DNA of 64,000 nucleotides. It comes from the human T2T-CHM13v2.0 reference genome, Homo sapiens. Where the stretch lies: the NCBI RefSeq assembly GCF_009914755.1, contig NC_060942.1; one strand, written 5' to 3'. A program made the position numbers and the translations under genes. Positions 10,737 through 22,018 of this stretch are shown in pieces (position 1 is the first letter of the stretch; each line of letters starts with the position of its first letter). The notes beneath the pieces are model-generated. The model was not told where the DNA came from. It did not search any database and saw only the letters and a list, made by a program, of their open reading frames with translations.

Positions 10737-13700
10737 GAGGAGAAGCTGGTTTTTGCTTTCATTTTATTTTTTATGGGGATAATTAATACTAGATTTAGAC
10801 TTATAAAATCTAAAAATAGGACAGGAATCTTAATTTTTTTTTTTCAGCTCTAAACTTCTATGAACCTATGAATACAGCTAAGATCACCTTAACTGGCTGC
10901 ATTTACAAAGTTGAAGAATGGTAGAATCAGCAATGAATGAGTTAGTTTTGGAGGTTAACATACTGGAAGGTTCCTGCCTTTAGTCAATTAATTCTTCAGA
11001 TCTAAATCTCAGCCTGTGACTCAGGCCTCCCAATGTAAGCCTTACCTGCTCTTCAATTTGCTGTTTATTTCACAATGAGAAGTTTCTGTAAAATCACCAT
11101 GTTTCTCTTGCTTGGATGTAAAAAGAATTGCAAGGCTTTGACAACACTTTTCCTCCTTTGTTGTGAGCAGATCCTTGATCTAAGAGTTGTTCATATCAAA
11201 TCTGCCCTGAGGGTTTGTCTGCGGAATGTCTGCTAAATGAGTCACCAGCTCCTTATTCACATTCGGACTAGAAAGGTATGTTGGAAGAGCTCCTGATTTC
11301 CCAGGCTTTTCCTGAAATTAGTTTAGATAGTAAGAAGTAATTTTTCATTGCAGTGCACATGAAATTAAGCATGCAATTGCCATTATTAACGGGTCTTGTG
11401 CATCTCATTTCTCCCCCTACACAGTTACATATACACATGCTGGAAGCTGAAGCTGTGTAGGTTGTTCTATGAGAATTATAAAATCTGTAATCTGTCTCTT
11501 GGGTTGCATGCACAATTCATTTTTTTATTGAAGGAAAACTGAGCCTTGGTCTCTGACATCTCAAAGGGCTTGCCCAAAAGAATTTCTTTCTGGTGTAAGT
11601 ATTTGAGTCTTATGTTCTATCTTTTATAATATGACCATGTCACCAAAATATGCTAAAAAATGCCAATAGCACTTTCTTCTGTAATTTTGCATATTCAGCA
11701 TTGACCACATTCTGTTCATCACCTCAACACATCAGGAATTAATATCCTCTGTTTATTTATAAATTACCATCTTTTCATGACAAAAAAGGTCTTCCATGGT
11801 GTTTTAGTTATGTGTCTCAGTGATGTGGGGAGATATCTCTTCTAGGGATGTAACAGTTTTGGTCTTTGATGCCTGAATTTTCCTAGAAAAAAATGTTTTA
11901 GCATTTTTTTCTCTTTTAAACTAGGAGTGGGAGTCATTAGTGCTCAGTAAATATTTCTGGTGACCTTGTCTGTTCTCACCTTATCTTTGTTGGCCCAGTT
12001 TGGGGCAGTTTACAACTTTAACAGAGGAAATCTGGATTAGTTAGAGTAGGCAAAAGACATGGAATAAAGAATAAAAGAATCAGGAGTTGCTGACTTTTAA
12101 AAGCAAGAAGGCACTGAAATTATCTAGCATTAAAAAAAAAAAAAGAAGAAAAGAAAAAAATCAATGACCAGGCATGATGGTGCCACCTGTGACTTAGAAA
12201 GGGGGCTTACTTATATCCCTTTGAGCACTTTTGTGGGGTTTTCTTGGCAAAATTGATAGTGGATAGAAGCCTACAGGTGAAAGCCATTACTTAAACCATG
12301 AACTTCAGCAATTCTTCCAGCTTAATCATCTGGGCAGGCTTAGCTACCAGATCTTTTTGATGGGAGCACATCCACCCCCAGAAGGCCAACACCGTTGCTC
12401 AATTAATGTTGCTCACAGCAAAATTCTTTTGTTTTATTTTCTATGTGTCCCAACCTGACAATAAGTATGACTAGCATAGGCTCAGTAAATAGAAAAACGA
12501 TGGCAAACTGAAGCAGACATTTCTTTCTAACCCAAAGAGACTATAAAAACTCTTGAGATGTTTGGTTGTCACTATTTTTCCTCCTAAAAAAGATTTTTTC
12601 CTATGGTCCCAGTTTCTTTTTGTTAAGAATTTAAACTTTGAAATATGCTCGACCGTGGAGTAAAATCCACTGAACGAGTCTCTCCAGCTGCTATCGATGA
12701 TTTTGCAGCCATTCAGAGACGTCTCCTCCAGTCTTGAAAAACTGCCTAATTTGGGGTTGGGTCTTACGTGCCACCCCATTTTGTATTTTCAGTGTCACTT
12801 TTAACAGGCTTGAAGACCATGACATAGAACCGCAAACTGAGTGCTCAACATAATGCTGGTACTCTCTACGCACATAGTCTTTATCTTTTGTGGCATCAGG
12901 TACGTCTGCACAGCTGCCCAAGATGAGCAGGCAAGAGGCTAAACTAAGCGAGAGCTAATCCACCTGTCACACTGTTGCTGCAACTCTTCCAGCGTGTTTA
13001 CAACACCGTGGTCACTTTGAAAGCCCTCAATACAGAAAGCCATTTGTTTCTTATAAATGCATGTTTAGATGTAGAAGAAAGTAGCACCTCTCTAAAAAAA
13101 AATCACCCAGCAGAATACCCTGTGTAGTCCTACCATGTAGGCAGACAGCTGCAGAAAAACAGAATATTTAAAATAAGGTAACAAAACAACAGTGCCCTGG
13201 GGACGTTCGCTCCTCCTTAAGTATGTGAAACAAAGCATCTTAAAGGCTTAGTTTTATAGACATAGAGTGTTATTGAATTCCCAAGGACACTGTTCTATGC
13301 ATCGGATGTGGCATGGGTATATATTTTTTTCTTTGCGAACTTTCTTTATTGAAGGTTTGTGCGACGGTTCAGCGGAAATTATGCGGCATCTTGCCTCAAA
13401 GAGAGCTGCATTAATGTGCCAATGCCCTTTATTTAATGCACTTTAAAATTCTGACGCGCCTTTTAAAAAGTATGAGTTGTGTTGGGAAAGTCTAATCACC
13501 GTTCTGCATGAACGGAAATGTGCTATTTTTGTAAGGGTAGTGCTGGAGTCGGGTTTTAGCATAAGGGTGTCTCTATAGTACAGATGTCCGGAGACACTGG
13601 TTCGTTTTGATGCCCAAATCAACCAGCTAGAAATGTTACTTCTGCCGAAATTAGTCAGAGGAACTTCAGCTAATCATCATTTAAGCAATTTGGGACTGAA

Positions 13701-15652
13701 AACTCCTAAGACTGGAGGGAATATTTAGAATTAATTCCTCAGAAACTCAATCTTGAGGGCAAACTTTCTTTGCACTCTGAAGCATGCATCTACGCCGCAA
13801 GATTATACTGTGTGCTTGTAATGACTTCATACAGATTTTTTAGAAGTCTCTTGGGATACTGTAGTCTTGCTTTGCTAATCGAATCCATTTTCCTTTCGTT
13901 TCTATCACGCACCCATCCTTCTCTCTTTGGATCTCTTCTCATTCCAAACAGTGTGTCCTTTTAAAAAGTGTTTCATTAAGGTTGAAGTTCCAAGGACATC
14001 ACTTTCTCTCTTTGAATAAAATGTGCCTTCTTTTTTGAATGCAAGCTGCCTGTGCCCTGACTGTATAATCAAAACAACGGGAAATACACCCAGTGCACGC
14101 AGGCAAAATTGGTGTGTGAGTGAGTCTCTTGGAAATATCTAGTAACAGGTGCAGTCAGATAGGCTGGCAAAACGGTCTGTTTTTATAACAATTACTAATA
14201 AGAAAATAAACGTTAGGTATGCATTATTAAAATATCTTGTGATTTTTTTCTACTGAAAAAATAAAAAAATGTAGTTACCAATTCCATAGCATTCAAACCC
14301 ATAATAAAAAACATCTGACTCCATCTTTCCCAGTTTAAGCACTCCTCTGTTTATTTTAATGAAATTTGCATATAGATGTTTGTTTTTGTAGGAGGAAAAT
14401 ATGTACAGTTTTTACCCAAATCTTTGTAAAATCTGTGTTGTCTATCAAGACAGTAGGAGATTCTTCTATGTGTGGTTTTTGATGACTGTGCGATCATTTA
14501 TTGCACACACTCTGTATCCTAAAGAAATTTCAATTGTAATAAGCCAGTAGGCATGCATACAGTTTCCCCTTTTCTAATAAAAAGAAAACAATTTGTCAAT
14601 TTTTTGGAGTTTTAAAGATTTCTATGAATAAGGGTTCTGTACAGTTGTAGGAATGACTCAAATGCACTTTGGGAAGGAAAATTGCTTTGCAATTCTTTGA
14701 GTCTTCAAACACAGCCACTGTGTTAGGAACTTCTGATTGCTAATTTGCCTGCACGCAGTCTATATGGAAATCTGATCACTTACTGTTATCCGCTGTATTT
14801 GTGCCATTTTGCTTCGAACCTGAAAAGAGAAGGAAAAAGTTTCCTTTTATAACTAAGAGAAGAGCATATTATGTATTAGAATCTAGGCACTTTTTTTTCT
14901 TAAACTTTGGATTTTTACATGTGAATTTAGTGTACCACTTTTGCTGCCATCACAAGCCAAAATGTCAGGTTTTGTCTAAAGAGGGGATAGGTGTGTTATG
15001 GAGATTTTTACAAGTTGAAGACAACAGAATTTTGGGGAGGGTGTAGAGTATAAGTACTTGAAATGTATCAGGAGATTGGGGCGGGAAGGAAGGAACAGGG
15101 AAAAGCACAGATGCAGGGGGTGAGGAGAAAATCCATATCGTTAAGTGAAAATGGTTAAGAGCCTTACATTCTAATGAATGCCTTGAATTAACAGCACGGA
15201 AATGTGAAGATGTATTTGCTGGAATGGAGTTCTAATTTGACACACTCTACAGGATTTCTAGAGATTAAGGTTTAGAAAACTTGAAAACGACATGGGTCCA
15301 GATATCATCAATGCTCTAAAATAGGAAAATGACCACAGGTGAGAGGAAACAATCAATTCTGATCCTACTTTGACAGAGAGAGAGAAAAAAAGACCAAACA
15401 ATTACTTCAATTCTTGCTGTCCATAAAAGCTCTCATCACTCCCTGCATTACTCGCAAATGTTCGCATTCGATTTAAATTCTGAATCACTAGAGCTATGGT
15501 GAGCCAGCAGCATTAAGCAGGGGATGGGGAACAAAGTCCCTTTAGGCCAGTCACCTGTTAGGTTTGGGGTAAAACAGAAATTGAAAAATTACTTTCCTCT
15601 CAAAACATTAGAGTAGCTCCAAAGCATTGAGGACTAAAACTGTTGCAGAGTC

Positions 15653-15663
15653 GTGTGTGTGTG

Positions 15664-15698
<35 letters not shown>

Positions 15699-15708
15699 GT
15701 GAGAGAGA
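15653..15708. repeat. (GT)~24 with one interruption, followed by (GA)4
   Basis: Directly visible. Confidence 0.97.
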
Positions 15709-15790
15709 CCAATGAAACAGAGGACAGAGAGAGGAAAGAGAGGAAAAAGAGTTGTCAACATGAATGAAATTGAAGAAAGATTTCCCTAAA

Positions 15791-15792
<2 letters not shown>

Positions 15793-15822
<30 letters not shown>
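15793..15822. repeat. (AT)15 microsatellite
   Basis: Directly visible. Confidence 0.97.
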
Positions 15823-15826
<4 letters not shown>

Positions 15827-16221
15827 TCACATATTAAAGAACATATGTGAAACTATATAAATGGAACATAAGTATTTCCAGCCATGGAATTAAAAACACA
15901 CACATATTGTGTGTATATGTGTATGTGTTTTTTAAAAATTTTTTGTTAGTAGTTTTTTTGGAAGGAAAAAGGAAACAAGTGCCATTTTACCAGCTATATC
16001 ATCGTATTCACAACCACCAAGCTGAGGTATCCTGACTGAGCCAATTAGCCTCGTTTAGTTCTTCATTACCCCGCATTGCTCGACCTGCTTCTGTGCATAA
16101 CAGGGTTAATCATAATGAAATGAAATGAAATCATTTGATTTTATTAATTTCGTATATAGTATGTCCTCCAGAATTCTTACCAATGCTAGGACATTAGGGA
16201 ATACTGCTGTGTGCTAAATTT

Positions 16222-16235
16222 GCTCCCTCTGCTGG
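16222..16235 (-). promoter_or_regulatory. Candidate CTCF motif
   Basis: Minus strand reads CCAGCAGAGGGAGC, one mismatch to consensus. Confidence 0.4.
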
Positions 16236-16298
16236 CTGTCTCTGAGGGAATGGCAAAACTACTGGCTCACACATACACAAGAACTATTGTTTGGGAAA

Positions 16299-16322
16299 AC
16301 ACACACACACACACACACACAC
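16299..16322. repeat. (AC)12 microsatellite
   Basis: Directly visible. Confidence 0.95.
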
Positions 16323-17661
16323 CACACACCAATTTGTCCTCAGGGAAACAGTACCAGTGCATTGTGAGTTAGCTCTGTGCTCTTCTGACACTGACACCAG
16401 TAGCACAACCAGCGCAACATTTTCTTCCCGGAATGCCTTGGCCACTGAAGGAAAATAAAAAGTTGGGAGGGATTGGGAGAGAAGGGGAGGCTGGAGCAGG
16501 AGGTGAGGCTTGTTCTGTATCTAAGGCTTAGATAAGAACACTGCCCCTACCTCATCTCGGGAGCTTATTTCATCTTCATTCCTTGCTGATACCTGTCAAG
16601 TTCCCAAAGGAGGGTGGGAGAGCTTTATCCTACCAGTCTTTCCCACCATGAAAGCCATTTGATACCAATAAGTGCATCACGTTTGGTTCCATAGGACTAG
16701 CTGGACAGGAGACGGGTCATGGAATTAGTTAAAAAGCCAGTGCCCATATTAGAATTCCTAGATTCACGCAATGTAAGGTAGTTTATATAAAATATGTAGA
16801 GTTAAAAAGAACAAGAGTTAATTTTCCCAAATGAGTTAGAAAATTTGAAAAGAAATAGGGAAACGCCGTGATGTAGTTTTGAACCATGCATAACATTTCC
16901 TGTGAAAGGGCATTCTGTTTAGTAATGAAAGTAGTTAAATAGATGGTGTTCCAAGCATATTTTATTTTATATACCAACCTAGAAATTGGAAATAATCATG
17001 CAACTGTAATAAGATTTCAACAAATGAATAGATCAGATTAACCTAACATAAAATGTGTTTTTTCTTGAAGTTAGGGAAAAACTGCCTTTCTCTCTGAGAT
17101 ACACAAAATTATTTCTTGCCCTTTGTGAAAAGATTGAGTTAAATCGTAGCCACAGACTTGGAACCACCAGGAAATTTTTCAAAAAGAAAAAAAAAGGAAG
17201 AAAGAAAGGAAGGTAAGGAAGGATGGAAGAAAAAATGCTATCTATCAATGTAAATTCTTTAATAAAGTTTCTTAATGTACTTGATCATATGACATTAAAT
17301 TCCACTTTTCCCTCTTAATGACTTTCTTAGAGAAAAAAGAAAGCCACAATCAGAAAAGATAAAGAGAATAAAAGAAATGAGTCTATAAAAATCTGAATAA
17401 ATGGGAATTTATACGTTATTTAATGTCAATCTGCTCCAATTTTTATGTTTGTTATCTGTACCCGCCTGCATACCTGGGATTGCATTGAATTGTTTTGGTA
17501 TCGAAATATACTCTCTTGCCTTTGAAATTCATGCAGACCTTACTTGTCCTTCAAAAAGGAAAGCATCCTGTTTTGGTTAATGGGCTTTAAAAAAACAACA
17601 ACAAAAGTAAATTGTGATAGCAATTAGGCTCCTCAGTGAGCATGCTCAGTGGGTTTCTCCT

Positions 17662-17676
17662 GGTTGCTAGGCAACC
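17662..17676. promoter_or_regulatory. RFX X-box
   Basis: GGTTGCTAGGCAACC, a near-palindromic match to the RFX consensus GTNRCY(N0-3)RGYAAC. Confidence 0.65.
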
Positions 17677-17909
17677 GGCTGAAGGTGTGTGGCAAAAGAG
17701 GGCCCCAAATGTGAAAACATAAGCACCTTTGGCATAGGTTTCATCCAGTCTAGAAAGCCATGTGCATTTACTTAATTAATTATGGGATGTCCTTGGGTGG
17801 GTTTCCTGCATTCCCTTTCCGCACTTGGGGGGAAAGGTGTGGGGGTAAGGAAGGATTACAGAGTGGAGGATCAAGCAGGATGGGTTCAAGAACCACAGTG
17901 AATCCTTCC

Positions 17910-18310
17910 AGAAACGGCGTCGTATCTAAATTGGGTTGCAGTTTTATAGTGTGTGTGTGACCATTTATCTTTCATTTCGGGAGTCGTAGTTAGCTCTTAA
18001 CCACCAAGCTCGGGCGGCTCAGTATGTCACGGCACCGTCCTAATCCCACCCTGGATCAGCGTAACAGCGCACATCGGAAATGTAAGCTTCGCAAATAAAT
18101 CCATTTTCACGTACTCGAGTCGTATAACAGAAAATTTCCAGTTAAACCACATTGTTAAATTAAAGGTTGCAGCCCGTATTCAAAAGCCCATCCGCAAGCT
18201 CTGGGGTTCTGCTGAAGAGGCACTTACAGTAGTTCAGAGAACGATGCAGTGAAGTAAAAATGAATCAACTTTTAGAAACCACACAAAAAGCTTCGTCTTT
18301 GGTGAGTACA
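17910..18310. promoter_or_regulatory. CpG-retaining, promoter-like segment
   Basis: About 18 CpGs counted by eye in 17911-18200 at moderate GC, several-fold above the flanks. Ends in a strong plus-strand donor TG|GTGAGT at 18301/18302. Confidence 0.5.
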
Positions 18311-21300
18311 GTGCCATCTGCATCAGCACCTCTAAGTAGCAACCCCACCAAACACCTGGTTCGGTCCACAGTGACAGCTCACTGTCTCTCCAGTGGTAAC
18401 AATTTAGAGGCAGGTTGCTAAACAAGATATATACATGATGTCAAATATTGGCTGCACACATCTAAGCCAATCACTTCTAAATAAATTAACCATGGCACTG
18501 CCTAATACGATCCACCTGCTTTCTTCCTTGCGTTGTTCCAGACCCTACCTGAACCCCCCTTTGATTAAATGTCAAAAGCTTGCCTTGTGCCTGCAGATTT
18601 CACTGAAGGCGGATAACAGAAAGGTTCCTCCTGTGACTCCATAAAACTGAAATAAATTCCACTGGCATCTTGTAAATTTTTATTTTCTACAATGACTGCA
18701 GGCCCCATCTGCGGCCCAGCTGTTATTAGAACGGAAAGCGTTGGCCCTTCTGCATTACAAAACAGCATAGAACAGTAATTGCCAGTGGAAGAGATTAAGT
18801 GTAGACACTAAAAATGTTTACTCGCAATGAATATGCATAACGATGGGTAGGAAACAGCACTGGAAGATTAAAAAGAGAGAAGGGTTTGTTTACAAGGCTG
18901 GGAAAAAAAAAAGAGTGGAATGTCAGTTGGCCCCGAGCCTGAAATAGGAACGAAAAACCTTTGGGCAAGGCATTAGGGAGAAAAACAGATGGTTTGTGAA
19001 CCTTTTATTAGATAGAAAAATCATTAATCAAGCCCAGGCTGGAAATGGCAGGGTTTTTGGTAGTTCATATTTTAGTTTATTTTTTCTTAAAGTGACAGTA
19101 TACTTTTTTTTTTTTTTTTTGGTCTTTTTGGGACAGTCATCTATGGATAATCTGTCAATAGGCACTGCATTTGTATGACATTCCACATTAAAGCCAGCTT
19201 CATTTTAAGGTAGTGTTAGTACTCATTTGTTCTACTGAGAAAATTCCTCCAAAGGGTTTCACATTTCAGCACCTGTTTTGCCCATATAGCAATTTAAAAA
19301 AAATTGCAGCATGAAATATTTTTTTTTCATTCATGTGCCATTCCTTTGCTTTGGGAACTTGGAGAAGAAAATGGAGAAGAGGAAACTTTTACATGTAAGG
19401 CTTTGCTCACTAGATTGATTCATAGCACTTCAAGAAAAATATGTAGTAACAATAATTACAAATAGATTCATCTCCTGAGAGGGAATCTATGCCATTTCAT
19501 TGGAAAGAGTCATCAAGAGGTTGGAAGGGACCCATTTGAAACTATACTTCTTATAAAACTAATCTGTGCCCTTTGGACTCGAAGATGTTGAACTTTACAT
19601 TTTTGTTAATAATGGTAGTGAAAATCTCAGGGAAAAGTATATCCTAGAGATTCATAAAATCCTGAAATTAATCATGCAAAGCCCCTTATTTGCTATTAGC
19701 CAGTCAACAAACCCCAGGAAAGAATGCCAGGGGCATTATTATTTAAATTAAATGCAAGTAACACTTTTATATCCACAGCGTGTATGTATACCTAAACATA
19801 TACATTTATATGAACATACCTATACACACACGTGTGTGTGACTGTGTGTCTCTAAGTGTGTGTATGTGTGAGCTACTGACTTCAGGAGTGAGACAGCAGG
19901 GTGGAGGAATATCAGAATAAAATTGCCTACAGCCAGACTCAGGGTTAATCTTGATATGCAATCCTAAGGTTTTGCCGTGATTTGCCACGTGCTTGAAGCT
20001 GGTAACTCATTTCTACTTTGGGAAGCTACTCTCGATCTTAACGTGAAATGTTCATTTTCCTGCTTACTTTATTTAGTATTGGGATGGAAAATTGACCTCA
20101 CCTGGGTTGTGACTCCTGGAGCTAAGCATTGTTGATATAGGACTTCCATGATTATGAAGTGGGGTGACTTCTTTTTAAGGAATTACAAAGTACTTGGAAA
20201 GAATCTCTTTCATGTTTTTACTCTTTCAGTCAGAAATATTTTTAAAATAACTTTATTCAATAGTAAATATCACCAATAATGCCAGTTATTCTTTGACAAA
20301 AAATGCTCCTAGATAATACATTGGTTTCCTTTTCTTATTTCTCATGACAGCAACTGTGGAAGTCAAGGCCAGAAATCACTCACTATATCATCTGATATTC
20401 CTCTGATCGTTATACCTATTCTCAGTGTTAAGGAAATGAGACCAGTTGAAACGTCCACATTAAAATAAGAAGAAGGAGAGAAGGTTTTCTAATTGCAGGT
20501 CTCTGTTCTGATCCCATTACCATCTCCCTCTGATTATCATTCTCCTGAAAATCTTAGCTTCATTCATACCCCTTCCCTTCCCTTAGTTTCCTTTATGAAC
20601 TTATTTATCTTCATGCAATTTGCCTGCAGTTAATGTCATCGTTAAATAAAGAATGCCATAAAGGAACGAGATCAGCAGTGACCTTCTGCACAGTTTCCAA
20701 AGCCTCGCCAACCTACCTCCGTGTCCTGGTCTGACTTATGGCAGAAACAGAAGTTCAAAGACCTGGCTGATATGCTCCGTTAAAAACCCTTCCACAACGC
20801 AGTTAACATTTTCTGTTTTCTGACTTTCTTTTTCTAAAGAGATGCTTAAAGCAAAAAAGGTTTCCTGCCACAAAAATGACATTAATATTTCGTAAATCAA
20901 GAACTAAGATAATGTTTTGGCTGCTACAGAGACGTTTACCTTATGTCGTTTATCTAAATGCTTTTCGATTAAAACATGACACAATTTTTGGACTGTTTTT
21001 TACCGGAAAAAAACAATTCCAAGAACTTTCTTATTTCAGAGCCTAAAATTCTTTAGTATATTCCTCATCAGAATTCACTGTGGAGTATACAGCCTTTTAG
21101 CTCATTCAGAAAGTCTTCCCAAAAAACAAGCCTTTGCCAAAGATCATTTGAGTGCACTAAATCAAATAATCAACTAAAAGTCAAGAAGAAACCTTCAAAT
21201 GAAAACCATATAAATATGTTTGTAAACTTTCAAGTAACTGCAATGTCAACAATTGTATTCCCCAAGATACAATTCTTTTCTATATTGACCTATTAAAAAA

Positions 21301-21736
21301 CTCGATTCGTTCAAAGAACAGATTTTTTTGTTTGTTTTAAAAAGAACAACAACAACAACAAAAGAAACCAAAACTTTAGAAATCAAAGAAGCCCTCTTGA
21401 GTGAGCATCTGCTGAAGGAGGTATTAAAATCACAAAAGTGGTTATGGATTTCAAACTTTTTTGCAAATTTGAAAAATATAGGGAGGAATAAAGTGTTAGA
21501 GGTGATGCTGATTTCCTAGTATCATATACAAATCTGTATAGTACTTTTTTTCCCACAAAGTTGCTTATAATCAAACATTTTATCTCCAACCCTGTATTAT
21601 CTCATTTTATTTATGGTTAATACCTTTTTCTTTTTCTTTTAGAACCGTAAGGGTTCTACCAATTGATTTTGACTTTGGGAAGGAAAATACATTTATGAAG
21701 CAACAATTTCAAAACATCGAGGGGAATAACAGTTAC

Positions 21737-22018
21737 CAAAAGGTAGCATTAAGATTCTGCCATAAACAATTCCACAGCAAACAGAAGACTAAAATTCAGG
21801 CCAAGCTGCTTCTCTGGAGAATAGTGAAGAACAATTTCTTTTCCGACTGTGTATACCACAGAAGAACGGCCCACATAGTTCCCAAGTCCTGGACTAATAA
21901 CTCTGAAATGAGCTTTCATCCGCAGATGAGCCTCCTCAAAGGTTGCGAGAGGCTGATGCTGGCTGAGGCTGGAGGAACAGGGCAGGAGGACAGGGTCTCG
22001 CAGCGAGTACACAATGGT
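21737..22018 (-). other. Candidate exon (probably non-coding)
   Basis: Acceptor ctactcttccttacacag| before 22018 and donor TTG|GTAACT after 21737. GC and CpG are raised inside. No transcript evidence available. Confidence 0.35.

Noticed and set aside
12131-12195. A-rich run followed by gaccaggcatgatggtgccacctgtg, resembling an Alu linker and right-arm start
   Set aside because: Only ~25 bp of similarity and no TSD, too short to call.
12471-12921. Minus-strand ORFs of 102 and 76 aa in a CpG-retaining patch
   Set aside because: No recognisable homology and no convincing exon framing. More likely regulatory sequence.
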